From assembly GCA_963693365.1 (NCBI GenBank), contig CAVNZM010000003.1, positions 5,142,472-5,206,471 of the forward strand: a stretch of 64,000 nucleotides of DNA, written 5' to 3'. Shown here piece by piece: positions 1 to 32,792 of the stretch. The notes under the pieces are model-generated. The model was not told the origin of the DNA. It saw only the letters and a list, made by a program, of their open reading frames with translations, and ran no database searches. The translations under genes were made by a program, and so were the position numbers. The stretch is from Amoebidium appalachense. Lineage: Eukaryota; Protista; Ichthyosporea. The stretch's first letter is position 1. Every line of letters begins with the position of its first letter.

Positions 1-72
1 TCCGAATGTGTGGTGGTACCCTGTAACACTGCTGCAGCCATCCTAATCCACCTCTTCTTTCACTCAATACAG

Positions 73-562
73 GTGAGAAGAAACCCGAAGCCGCCGCCGG
101 CACCAAGAGCCCTACCCCCACGGATGCGCCTGCAGCAGCCAGCCAGGAGAAGCAAGGGACGGAACAGAAGGCCAGCGCTGAGCCGGCAAAGGGGCCTAAA
201 GGGGGCAACCTGGCCGACATAGTCAAGCAGAACCCTGGAAACCCTGACACCCCCAGAATACCATCTACACTGAGGAAGTATGTTTGCAATCTGGGATGCA
301 CACCTCTCTGCCGGTCTCCCCCTCGTCTTTCTTTTTTCTTGTTCTCTGGCTCCCCCCCCCCCTCCCCCCCCCCCCCCCCCCCCCCCCTCGTATATACGCG
401 GGCTAAGGGGTCGAAACTCAGACGCAATTGATGACTTGGGCCCTCCCTGAGGATGGACTCTGCTTATGACTCATACTGCGCGCGTGGCTATGTTGCACAC
501 TTGAATGTTTGCCTTTGCATGTGTACTTCGTGTATGCGTACTTCGTACCGTGTTCCGCATTC

Positions 563-613
<51 letters not shown>

Positions 614-683
614 TCTCTCTCTCTCTCCCCCCCCCCCCCCCCCCCCCCTCTCGGTCCCTGTTTGTATCGGCCTCTTGTCTCCG

Positions 684-718
<35 letters not shown>

Positions 719-875
719 CTCCCCCTCCCCCCCCCCCCCCCCCCCCCCCCCCCATCTTTCTGTCTCCCCTCCTATCTTTCTGTCTCCCCCTCTTGCTCGC
801 TCTCTCTCTCCCACCCTCGCTCCTTCTCTTGATTCAACTTTGCCCCGTTTTCCTGTTACCACGTTCACTGACCCT

Positions 876-931
<56 letters not shown>

Positions 932-1117
932 AGCAAACCGGCCAAGGAGGCGAAAAAACCCGCGGCCAAGCAGCAACAAACCCAGCAGCATTCCACATCG
1001 TCGGCTCCGTATGTGTCCCACGCATGTCGTTTACGTTGACTGTTTGGTTTGCGGACGTGGTTGCTTGTGTGGCTTGGTGGTTGTTTTTTTTTTTTTTTGT
1101 TTTTTTGTGGTGGTGGT

Positions 1118-1154
<37 letters not shown>

Positions 1155-2682
1155 TGGTGGTGGGGGGGGGGGGGGGGGGGGGGGGGGCAATGGCTCTTGG
1201 GTAGTGAACGGGAAGGGGTGCTTCTCGATGAGAGAGCGGAGAGGGGAAAGGAGGGGGGGGGGGGGGCTCAATTAAAGTTTGTTTTTTTTGGTGGGGGGGG
1301 GGGGGGGGGGGAAGGGGAGATAGTCGGGCCAGCCCAATAGCTAACAACGTTTGTGTTCCCATCAGCCGTGGTGGGTCTGGTCGGAGTGGGCAGGGAGAGA
1401 GGCACGAGGGTGGGCGTGGGCACGGGCACAGGCGGGGACGGCAGGGGGAGGAGGGTGAGTGGGCTGAGGGGGGAGCACAAACCCCACCACCGGCAACGCG
1501 GTGAGCGTGGACACCACCACGGAGGCAAGAACCAACCTGCCAACACGAACACGAACACAAACACGAACACGAGCGGAAACACAAACACTTCCGCGGCAAA
1601 CACCACCACCACCACCAACACGGGTGCTGTTGCTAGCACTGGTGGGGGCGCATCGGCTGGGCAAGTGCAGGATAAGGCGGTTGGGTCTGGCAGTGGGACT
1701 ATCAGCTGGGCTGCTATGTTGCGGCAGAACAACAGCCCTGCCCCTACACCATCACCACGGACTGACAAGAAGGAGGTGTGTGTTCCTTGCCCCTGAGGAT
1801 AGGCTCTGCTTATGACGCATACTGTGCGCATGGCTGATGTTGCAAACTTGAGTGTTTGCCTTTGCATGCGTCCTGCACCATGCTTCTCATCGTGTATGAG
1901 TACTTCGTACCGTATTCCGCATTCAAACCCCCCCCCCCCCCTCCCCCCCTCCCCCCCCCCCCCCCCCCCCCCCCCTTCTCTCCACTCATAGTGCATACTG
2001 TGTGCTTCCGGTTTTCGTAACTTGAACATGTACTTTCTGCTGTGTACGGTCTATCCCGCCCCCGTCTCTCTCGACCCGGTTTCTGCTGTCTCCCACCCTG
2101 CTTCCACTATAAGAATTCATCTTGGTGCTGCAACAAATGCACCTCCTCAAGTCAGTTGATGCTGGTCAAGAACTTGCAACCGTGCAGGTACAACCATCAC
2201 ACACGTCGAAATCTGCAGAGACAAACTTTGTTGCAAATATAATCCTCTCGCCATTCATAGTTCATTGACGGTCATAACCCCATATACAAGATCTCTCTGC
2301 ATTTTTATGATTCTATGCCGACCGTGCGAAGAACCGTATACCAACACTGTTCTTCTTTTTTTTCCCGCATCTCTTTCAGGCAAGTGGTGGTTCTGCATCC
2401 GCCTCTGGTGCTGAAAGCAACAAGGAGAAGAAGGAAGGGGGCGGCCAGGGCAGGGGGCACGGGCGGGGACACGGGGGCTCGCACCAGCACGGAGAGAGGG
2501 GACACGGAGACAACAGGCACGGACACAGAGGGCGCCGCCACGACAGTCACGGTGAACGCGGGGAGCACAAGGGGGAGAAGGAGAAGAGGGAGGAGAAAAA
2601 GGACACCCCAGCTGCCACCCCCACCCCTGCCCCCGCTGCCCCAGCTGCAACACCTGCTTCTGAGACTTCCAGCAAGGAATAG
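73..2682 (+). CDS. 3' portion (4 exons: 73-277, 934-1008, 1366-1775, 2380-2682) of a low-complexity Gly/Arg/His/Lys-rich protein, possibly RNA-binding; 5' end lies upstream of the window
   Basis: AG/GT-bounded, phase-compatible exons read GEKKPEAAAG...NLADIVKQNPG / KPAKEAKKP / RGGSGRSGQGERHEGGRGHG...SWAAMLRQNN / ...RGHGRGHGG...SSKE* (TAG 2680-2682). One extra G in the G6 run near 1470 must be removed to keep frame. Confidence 0.7.
388..564 (+). mobile_element. Poly(C)-anchored interspersed element, subfamily 1, 5'-truncated copy
   Basis: Near-identical to 14628-14807 and 15066-15243; C-runs on both sides; ends ...CCGCATTCAA then C-run. Confidence 0.85.
1790..1927 (+). mobile_element. Poly(C)-anchored element, subfamily 1, shorter copy about 14 nt downstream of a splice donor
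   Basis: Starts CCCCTGAGGATAGGCTCTGCTTATGACGC, ends CCGCATTCAAA then C-run. Confidence 0.85.
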
Positions 2683-4418
2683 CTAACGCAAGTATCTGTT
2701 CTAGCCGCCTGTATGTGCGCTTTTTTTGGTGTTTCTGTTCATGGTTTTCTGTTTTAGTCCGGACAAATAGGTGCACTTCATCTTCCTTTTGTTGTGTTTT
2801 CCGTTATGGAAAGTCATATAAAAAAAAATATGTTGTAGCTTTTTGAGTCTTTGGCGGTGTTATCTGTTTGCCGCGCGCTCGACCAAGGGAATGACACTAG
2901 GATTACTTATCGGGGCCGGATAGTGTGTACAGTGCTTGTATGTTGGGTATTGGAGTGCTGTTATTCGATGTCTCTCCCCTCCCGTATGAACAGAGAAAGA
3001 GTGATTTCTTCTTCTTTTTTCTTTACTTTTAAAGAAAGTGTTGAGTGATATGTTTTTCTTGCACAAGGAAGTAGACTAGAATCCAGGGCTTGTGATGGTT
3101 GTAGCATTAGTCTGAGCTCCCAAACTCTTCTCGTGTTGCCTGCTTTGCAAATGCCCGGGGGAGGGAATGGGAGTATGGGTTTATCCTAACCAAGTGAAAC
3201 GGGAAAGTGTGTAGGGGATGATTGCATGTTTGCATGTGAATCCATACATGTGTCTTCAGGGTCTATCTTTGAAAAATAGCTCGAAAAAAGACAAGAAAAA
3301 AAAGATTATATAGGGTTGGGTTAGTACGGTTAAATGCATTATACAACATGTATGTTCACTCAAGTTGTGGTACTATTTCTTGGCCTGTGATTTTGATTTC
3401 TTCCAAGCGACCCTTTTTAATCCGCACGTTTATTTTTCCAATACATCGTGATCACAGGCAGGCCGACTGCTCCGGACATGTTGAATGTCCTCGTTCTGAA
3501 CATTCCCACCTCCCACCTCCCCCGCGTCTTCCCTTCGCGCTTCCAGCCTTTCCAGAAGCCACTCTATTGCCCTCTGGTTCCACATGAAGATGCGACGTTC
3601 ACACGCGAAACTGTATGCTAACGATTCACACGTACCTGTAGATGCATGCGTGGGTGTGCAAGATTGTCACAGCCCAATTGCACCCCCCGCCCCCTCCCCC
3701 ATAACACACACACACACACACTGGCACGTGCATGCACACATGCACACACCTGATTCTGATCAGCTGTTTATCCCTGGCGCCATGGCGTTTGATTCTGATG
3801 TGTCCATTGGTTGTTCTATGTAGTTATATTTTGGTTTTTATCAATGCATCATGACGGCTTTATATATCTGCGTGCCCTATGCCTGGAGCTAGGCTACACT
3901 GTCGATCTAGGCCATTCACATGGCCATGGCATCATTCAGTACGGAATACCGTCGTGCTTATATCGCGTCCCCATGCGACGTCGCAGGCAAGTGGGTTGAC
4001 TTCGAATAATTGTGGGCATCTGTGCTCGGTTACATACTCAAATTCCGATGGCTGAGCATTATAATGACGTGTAATGAATACAAGCCATCTAATATATGTG
4101 ACGGACTTCTTGGACTTCTTCCCGTCGTCATCTGGGGGACAACGTTACTGTCTGTGTAGACTTACGTAAGTCTAACATTTGTTGATTGGTCAATCCTAAT
4201 TACTCGAGTTATTGTCGAGCTTTGGCCGCGGACTTTTTTCGTTCGTGAAGCCAGTCACGCGCAAGCAAGGCTCGTTCCAGTTCGCGCTTGTAAACCGCGC
4301 ACCTGCATGTACTGATGTTTTATGAGCATCCATCATAGCATGGCATAGCATCGCATAGTTAACACGCTGAGCCCCACGCTAGCACACACATACGCACGCA
4401 CACACACACCAACTAAAC

Positions 4419-23992
<19,574 letters not shown>

Positions 23993-24212
23993 ATAAAAAG
24001 TCTTGTGCTTCGGAGATCGCCAAATATGGAAGTTACTATATATGGAGGGCCGTGTGATTTAAGGGGTTCTAAGGTTTTAAGAAGGTGCTTATGTATGTAT
24101 CAGGCAAAATACACTTTCGTAGATGTTTTTGTCACGCAGCGCATGCACTCGAGCACACACCCATGCACACGTACGCACACGTGTAGAGGCACAGACACAC
24201 GCGCACACGCGC

Positions 24213-24288
<76 letters not shown>

Positions 24289-24525
24289 TACATACGCGCG
24301 TGCGCACTCACACATGCACACGCACTCACACATGCTCCACACATCCCCACACACACATGCACGCCCATTTGGGAAGACTCGGAGCCGTTTACCTAGTCTT
24401 GCACAGTCTTATCCCTAGTCTCAGTTTATCCCCAAAGTATGCATTATTTACTTTGCCCCGTACCCATGTATCCTTGTTTGTTTTTGATTTGTTAGTTAGC
24501 CTGTGTGTGCTGCGCCGCGGAGGAA

Positions 24526-24560
<35 letters not shown>

Positions 24561-24894
24561 TGTACATAAGAGTGAAGCTGAAGGGGAAAGTATACTTTCT
24601 TTAAAGGAATTACTTTAAAGGATTGAAGAACAATGAGGAACTTATTTGAAAATTCGACCGAGTGGCACCTGCAGGCAGGGGCTGTATGTATGATATTGGA
24701 ATGTAGGCTGGAATGAGCCAGTTACCATATATGGCTAGACAAGCTGTCTGGTGATTGGTCCTGGTTGGCCCTATGTACCACGGTCGACTAAAGTGTCCGT
24801 CCGCGCAGATGATTTTACGTTGTGGGAATGAGGATGCAATTTTTGTGAGTTGGACCTATCTTTGGTGGTGGGAAAACCGGGGGGGGGGAGGGGG

Positions 24895-25065
24895 GCTGCT
24901 GACAGCGATCAAATTGGTGGTGTCGAAAGCTTGCTAAGTAAAGTTTGTTTTGTTATTTTCCTTTGATTATTATTTTATTTTATTTTTATCTAATAGAATT
25001 AATTGGGGGGGGGGGGGGGGGGGGAAGACCCAATATCGGGTTGATTGCAATTGCAGAGAAGAAAA

Positions 25066-25099
<34 letters not shown>

Positions 25100-25165
25100 C
25101 TGCTGACAGCGATCAAATTGGTGGTGTCGAAAGCTTGCTAAGTAAAGTTTGTTTTGTTATTTTAC
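24895..25165. repeat. Local direct duplication of about 65 bp (24895-24960 and 25099-25163), each copy preceded by a G-run
   Basis: CTGCTGACAGCGATCAAATTGGTGGTGTCGAAAGCTTGCTAAGTAAAGTTTGTTTTGTTATTTT occurs twice. Confidence 0.85.
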
Positions 25166-25209
25166 TTTCATTATTATTTTAATTTATTTTTATCTCATAG
25201 TATTTATTT

Positions 25210-25245
<36 letters not shown>

Positions 25246-25357
25246 GGTGCACACGAGGGAGCTCGAGAATGAGAGAGAGAGAGAAGAGATACTGAGGGAG
25301 GGAGAGACAGACACACAAACAGAGAAAGGGGGGGGAGAGAGGGGGAGGAATCCCAGC

Positions 25358-25394
<37 letters not shown>

Positions 25395-25419
25395 TGTGTG
25401 TGTGTGTGTGTGTGTGCAC

Positions 25420-25455
<36 letters not shown>

Positions 25456-25765
25456 AAGCGACAGAGCGGAGGCAGAGACTCTGGCTTAGTAGAGAGAGCG
25501 AGGGGGAGGGGGGGGGGAGGGGGGGGGGGGAGACCCAGACTCGGAGAGAGAGAAAGTGAGAGAGCGAAGAGAGAGAGATGATTTACAAGAGAGAGTGAGA
25601 GAGACAGAGAGAGGAGGGGGGGGGGGGGGGGGGGGGGGGGGAGGAAGGGGGAGACTCAGAGAGAGAGAGAAAGTGAGAGAGCGAAGAAAGAGAGAGGGAT
25701 AATTTACAAGAGAGATCTAGAGAGAGAGAGAGGGGGGGGGGGGGGGGGGGGGGGGGGGAAGAGAG

Positions 25766-25864
<99 letters not shown>

Positions 25865-26369
25865 CTGGTTCTGTGAAGACTCTCCCACCACACCATCATT
25901 TCAAAAAAATTCGAGGCTGCAGTGCACGTGCACTTGGGTGCACCTTAGCACCGCTCGTACCGCGGCCGTAGGCTCAGCTGAAACTGCAGCCCGCCCAAGC
26001 TTGCAACAACAGTTTTGTAAAAACCACTCGATAAAAACTGAATAGTAGGCATACTACTACTCTCCGGATATCTATGATCGTGAATATTCAGCTGACACAC
26101 TGCATCATGCATATGCTGCGTGCACAATATATCCATTCATCCAAGAAGTTTGCAGCTGCGTGATTCACGGCATCCACAAGATGGCACCAGTCACCCGTGT
26201 CACCTTTGAGTCATGCACTTGTATCATTGTGAACTTCCTTCTAATTGGAACATTTTTTACTTTCACGCGTGGCCGGGGCCCATGTTACCAAAGTTCTCCG
26301 CCGGACGTACAGTACAATCCAGTTTAGGCCCTTGCAAAAATATCCCGAATATCTTTTGATATTCATGTG

Positions 26370-26496
26370 GTATGGCAAAGGCATATAGCCTTGGTGTTTC
26401 TCCCTGAAGGAGAACTAGCCTTTTTGGCCCAGATGGTCAAGCCATCGGCCTATTGTAAGGACACCAAGTGCTCGGGTTCAAATCCCGATGCCATAC
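26370..26496 (+). ncRNA. tRNA-related structured element (tRNA-derived SINE head, pseudo-tRNA or Pol III ncRNA)
   Basis: Box A-like TGGCCCAGATGG (26425-26436), T arm TCGGG-TTCAAAT-CCCGA (26472-26488), closing stems GTATGGCA/TGCCATAC and CTTGGTGT/ACACCAAG. No canonical anticodon arm. Confidence 0.5.
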
Positions 26497-27710
26497 TTCA
26501 ATTCAGGGGCCGATTCGATATATGATATGTCTCGGGATATTCAGGGACTAGGCAGGATATATTAAATGATATTCAGGGGATGGACCAAAAAATTCCCGGA
26601 TTTTGCCCAAATGCGACTAAAACCGCCTGAGCCCCCTGAACCCCGGCCCTGATTTGTGCGTGCGCGCAATGATTGATCTATTTTGGCCGCGCTGGCGTAA
26701 CCGCGCTGGAATTCGATTGGAATGCACGTGGCTCTATAAGGCAAATATGGTACACATAGAACGTGGATTTGTTCAGGCAAAAATTGATTAGCCTAAGAGA
26801 AAATAGGTAAAACTCTATGTGCTGTAGCACTCTTGCAACGTATGTAAACTCAGAGAACAGCAGAATGCGCATTCAAAGCTGATATTTGTGCTCGCGTCCT
26901 TTATTTCCTAGAACATACGTCACTATAGCTGTGTGCTTGAGACCACACATTCCACGAATAAGGACAACCAATCAGATAGCGAGATCGATGTCACTTGAGA
27001 TATACACGCCGACAGTAAGAAATCTAAAAAAATCTATTTAAATCCAAAAAAGACCTAAACCAAAATCACCTGATTATCTACAGGCTCTCATTATATTATT
27101 GCATTATTTAGCCCATTTATCACATTTCCCATAGAAATCAGCCCATCATCACACTGAATACAGTAACAAGACTATGATAAAAAAAGAGGCAAGGTATTTA
27201 GATAGGCATTTACCCCCTTCTGTTTTCACAGCCTGAATGCATTCCAATCTTCATTGATAGCCGTTAGCCGGGGTCACCTTCTTTTTCACTTCCGTTAGCC
27301 GTGCTGTGAGAGAAGTTGCCTGGGAAACTTTAGTATATCGAGTTTTTTTTTTTTTTACAGGTTAAAATTTTGAACGTACAACACAGTTGTTCAGTAGCTT
27401 AGCTGTTGTAACTGAATACTGTTCTCTCTTGTAGTCTTATAGGTGTTTCCTTCCTTTACCTCGTTTCCGTTCTGTGCTACAACGGAGAGCCCTATTCAAA
27501 CACAAACAGATTCCACTCACACGGACCTAAAACGCCCATCACTTCTGTGCTTACCTTTGTCCCAAAGACACCATACTGAGTCTACAAGTTAGTGCACATC
27601 TCACAATCCACCAGTTATCGTTTGTGGCAAAGGGAGTTTTGGTTGCAACGCTCACAAAAACATCACCTGCACTGCCTAAATCGTCAGTTTTACTCGAAAA
27701 TCACTCCAAA

Positions 27711-28680
27711 ATGTTTCGTCCCTGGGAAGATAGGCCGTCACAGGGATACAGGCCACCCTCGTCCGTTATCGAGGACGAAGATAGTTATTCTGAGACAAGC
27801 GACTATAATCCTTACGCAAGCATTGTCCACCCGAGCAGCAATACAAATTGCCCTCAGGTGGTATTGGAAGAGGACATGTTCGAGGTAACATGTGTCGATA
27901 ATGCTGCAAGTTACGACGCAGATGCGGCCGAATCTCAAGATGAAATGTATGGAACCCCTCAATATATGATGGGGAGGTCTTCCCACCGAAACCAATTCAC
28001 AGCCATGCGTACCGGAGTCCCTATACGTCACGAGCTGAACAACTCATATGAGGGTTTTCACTCGAGTGAATCGTTTTTCCAGGAAACCACGGGGTCCCCT
28101 TATCCCCCCAGAAGAAGGACCCACTCTCAATATAGCACCCTCGGCGCGCATAATGAACACAATGGCCGTGAAATGGCTCGTTCAGTCTCCCCCAAGAGCA
28201 ATTTCAGTGGAAATTTCGATAGCCCTGCGGCGGGGGGTCCTATGCGTCGCCACCACACCCGGCCCATTAGAAGCTCCTCCCTAGACGGGGGCTTTCCAGC
28301 CTATAACCGTGTAAGTGCAATGATGGAGGAAAAAGTGGAATCGGGTCGAGAGGAATATGAAGATGGTGGGTATATCAAGACGGGGGGTACCCCCTCTGAG
28401 GCTGGAAGCGAATGGCAAAGACCCGCTCCCCACAGGCCTCTACAGTCCGGTTCGTTTGACTCTGTCTTCAGCGATATTTCGCACCAGAGCTCAATGAGGT
28501 ATGTAACATCAGCTAAAACTTAACATTATTCTTTGGTTGGAAGGTGCATGGGCTCGTGTGCGCTGCATATACTGATGTTTTGCGAGTTGTGTTGCTTGGA
28601 AGAGGGCACGCTTCAGATGTCTCCGCATATCCGCTTCTTCCCCCCCCCCCACACACCCCCCCCCCCCTCCCCCCCCCCCC

Positions 28681-28712
<32 letters not shown>

Positions 28713-29365
28713 TGGGGTGGCTAGCGGCATCCAGCAAGTTTATACGTCAACAGATGCTTCGCTATACCCAACCTCTAAATACTGCGAAGTAATATTCTAG
28801 AACTGGTTGTGAACTATGGGGTGGTCAGAGATGTATGTCCATGCTTCGACATTAGGAAGGACCATAAGCCACTTTAGCCGATTGGTTGATGCTTTTCATG
28901 GTGCTGCATTGGCCAATCAAAATACCCTGGCGCAGCATTGCGCGTGCGGCGAGATTCTTTTCGTAAGGCGAATCGTGTATTATTATTATTAGGATCGTGA
29001 TCTTGGCAAACGCTGTGTTTGCCTGAATGATGGGCTTCAATATCCTCCTTGTTTTCGCTTTGTCTGAACAGCTAGCCAAGTTTTCTTCGAGAACTCGGCG
29101 CCCTCCACAATGTCCTTGAGCTTTGTGTCGCCATGGTCAACATCATATGTTGAACTTGGCTCACGGCGGCCACTGATTCCAACCAATCGGGTAAAAGTGG
29201 CTGATGGTCCTTCCTGATGTCGCAGCATGGACATACGTCTCTGACCACCCCATAACGCCGGAAGAGGTAGAATGTCCGCAATAGGGCTCCCTCTTTCGAT
29301 TTTTGTGTACCTCATATATATCTGTTCAAAATATGCTGACGTCCTATCCCTCCCATCCCCATTCG

Positions 29366-29411
<46 letters not shown>

Positions 29412-30111
29412 ACACACACACAGTGCGGAGCAGCTTCCCCGCTATCGCTCTACAGGCTCCGGTGCGTACGACTTCCAAGAATTTCTTCAATCTCTCGGAC
29501 CAGTTTCGCGGCAGCAAGTCCAAGAGAGAAAAGAACGGGAAATGTGTCGTAAGATTACAAAACGTCACGGGCTTTTCGGGCGGCCGAGCAACCGGAGCAA
29601 GAAGCCGGAAACACGGCGCCAGTTTATCGATTACGTGAAGGCCAATCGTATTGTTGATGAAGAGAGCTCTGGTCCCACCACTGCGTACAAACTCGCACCT
29701 CCTCTGAGAAGCGTGCAGGTTGGTCTCTCTCTCTCCCCCCTTCCTCCCCTCCTCCTCCTCCTCCTGTTACACCCACCCACCCACCCCTGCGCCCAACCCC
29801 CCAACCACCACCACCACAAGCACCTCCTCCTTCTCCTCCTCCTCCTCCTCCGAGGCTCTCCCCAAAGCACACATGCAGTCACCTTCCAGCACACATGCAC
29901 ACATCTGCGCGCGCACACACACTCACCAGCGCACTATATTGACATAAGTAAACATGTCCATCTACACATAAAATATGGACAGGCACGAAGATGCTAGTGG
30001 CACGCTATACGCAAACTGCACACCCAAGGCAACGCAGATTTAGGGCACACACATTCATGAGGTGTAGCATAGACTTCAGTTACATGCAGTCACATGCTGA
30101 CACACGGAACA

Positions 30112-30175
<64 letters not shown>

Positions 30176-30825
30176 ACATGTGGATATAACGTATGCACGC
30201 GTTCACACACAGTAACATGCATACCAGGACTTACTTCAAGACTTCTCAAGATTTGAACAACTAAACATACTGCAAATATATCAAACACGTGCATTTCATA
30301 CAGATACAGCAGCACTCAAACATGGCCGTCCGCAGAGCAGAAGGCTCAAAAAGATGAATAAAATTCTACAAGTGTAACTTGTAAAACACGTGTTCAAAAA
30401 TCATTCTGCTATCACGGTGTCTAACGAGTTTTTTCCCCCCACCACAGGGCAACGGCAGCGACTCTCTTCGCGTAGCCTTTAACCTGCACCAGGCAAAACT
30501 ATCCACCCCCGAAAATCCCCGCGAGCAAATTAGCAGTGCGACAGCGCAGGTGTGGTTCCGTGCCCATTTCCCGGATACCTTTACCGCAATCACAAAGGAA
30601 AAGGCTACACGTTCACTCCCGGGATCCCGGCGAAATTCGGCCGACGGGACGGTATCTGAGGGGGAGGGATATGCGCAGTTGTCTAGGGGGATGCCTGCAT
30701 TGCGCAGGCAGGCGTGGGAGAATCTGATGGAAGGGAGGGGCCCGGCCCCCCGTTCCCCCCAGAGTGCTCATATGGCTCATCAGCAAAGTACACCCCCTGT
30801 TCAATTTGCAAGCTACGCCTGGTAA
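27711..30825 (+). CDS. Hypothetical protein, about 486 aa, 3 exons (27711-28498, 29424-29718, 30448-30825); Ser/Pro-rich N-terminus and a basic, probably folded central segment
   Basis: Long non-repetitive ORFs joined by GT-AG introns with matching phases (2, 0). No family recognised. Confidence 0.75.
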
Positions 30826-30868
30826 TCTAACTAACATGAAAATTTGAGATAAATTAAGAGGTGTGTGT

Positions 30869-30900
<32 letters not shown>

Positions 30901-31135
30901 TATTGAGGGGTTGCAGTGTGGAGATAGTCTAGTGGTGTTCAAATGATAAGATGACACTAAAAGGGAGATGAAAGTCTGCTCATATAATGGGGATATTTGA
31001 TGTATATTTACTCTCTTTTGAATAATTATGATAGTCTGGAATCGAGAGAATGTTTGTGTGTGTCGAGAATGTTTGTGTGTGTCTTGGATGTATGTAGGTT
31101 CTCACAGATCTAGAAATGTAGCTATAGAACGAAGC

Positions 31136-31183
<48 letters not shown>

Positions 31184-32792
31184 CTCTAACACACGAACGT
31201 ATGCATGCGTGTTTGCCATCGTCAGCCTTGGAATTGCCCCGTTTTTTGAAATGTAATACTAGCTAGTAAAGGGGTTTTTTTTATAATTCTTTTTAGTAGC
31301 TCGGCGACCCATGTACACTCTTTTCCTGAGATCCCGCATATATGAAAAGCCTGTCTGTCGGACACCCTTCTTTTTCATCTCTGGTTACTTCCACACAAAA
31401 AAAATGACTCCTGGGGAGCGGAAGAGTGCTTTGTGAGATGATAGTCAAATATACAACTTCTGCGAAAGAGGATATACTGTGCATCTGTTGCACATGTCTC
31501 GTAAACGAACACACGTGCCCGTGCCACGGAGCCGGTGCCTGTGGGTGTGTGTGTGTACGTGTGCGCGCGCTCATGTACTGTGTGTCTGTAACGCAATTGC
31601 GCATACACACACACACTCCACATGCTGTGTGTGGGTGCACGTATGCATGATGGTGTGTGTGCCACACGATACAGTGGTGTGCACGTGCCATGATGTGTAT
31701 GTGGGTGGTCATCGCGTGTAGTATTTTGTGTGCAATTTATGACAGGCCACATGGCGAAAGTTTGGTTTACCACTAATAGTTAGCGTATATAAATCGTTTT
31801 TACACATACGTGGCCACATGTGCAGTGCACACGGCGTTGCTCCGGACCACCAGTGTACACGTGTGTGCTGTGGGCATCATGTAAGTGGTTGTGTGGAAAT
31901 GTGCGAGCATGTGTGTACACGTATGTGTATATGTGTGCGAGCATGTGTATACACGTGTGTGTGTGTGTGCGTGCATGTGTGTACACGTGTGTGTTTGTGC
32001 GTGCATGTGTGTGTATGTACGGACATATACCCCACAGCTTGTGTGAGTGTTTCTGAATTATTAATGTTGTGTGGGCATACTCGTGTGGGAGTGCTGGCTG
32101 CACTGCGCAGCATTGCATTAACGCGTGATAAAACGTTGTGTGTACATGTGCTTTCGTGCACGGGCGTAGCTGGGCTTAGGGGCGTACGTGTGTACGTGAG
32201 CTGTTCCACACAGTCAGGCTCCTGAATATATCGAATAGAGTGTGTAAGTGTTTGCCTGTGCACGCTATATAGATTCCCCGAAAGGAGGAGCCCACAACCA
32301 CGTGATACGGCGCCTACTACTGGCCAGGCCAGCTTTACACGGTCTACGAATCTTCTCTCTGGAAAAACAATTGGTGGATCAGTGACACCCGGGAGTGCAA
32401 AGCTCCAAGGGACAATATAACAAAACCACGAAGGTTTGATCAACACGGAGTGACAACCACGCTACACTTTCTGACCAGGTTCAGAATAGGAACAGTTTAT
32501 TTCGACGTTTTTCACCCTCTGGCAAGGCAGCTCCTCGGTCATTCACAAGCATACGCAAGCACAAAACAACACCCAACATTCATGCATAAAACAAGAACAC
32601 CTACATGCAACACACAAGACCAGAACCACCCCCTTACCCCAGCCCACAGCAATTTCCGTCGTGTTGCAACGTTTGAATTAGGGACCAGCCCATCAAACCA
32701 TGCAGCAAACACCGGGCCATGCATCGTGGGCGGGCGGAAGAGGGGGTCCTCGAACGTGCACATAAGGCAACGTCTCGCCCCAATGTGGCTCT

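Noticed and set aside
1460-1480. Apparent frameshifts in exons (G6 near 1470; C7 at 17147-17153) as programmed frameshifting or tiny introns
   Set aside because: Each is a single extra base in a homopolymer, most simply a sequencing or assembly error.
453-1599. Long poly-Pro/poly-Gly and (HT)n/(CV)n ORFs here and throughout the ORF track
   Set aside because: They are translations of intronic C/G runs and dinucleotide repeats that lack stop codons; the real exons are short AG/GT-bounded segments.
25915-26005. Cluster of 6-bp palindromes resembling a cloning polylinker
   Set aside because: The order matches no polylinker I recognise and there is no vector backbone nearby.
28720-29345. Minus-strand ORF fragments inside intron 1 of the 27711 gene
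   Set aside because: Broken frames and no recognisable motif; possibly an old transposon remnant but unsupported.
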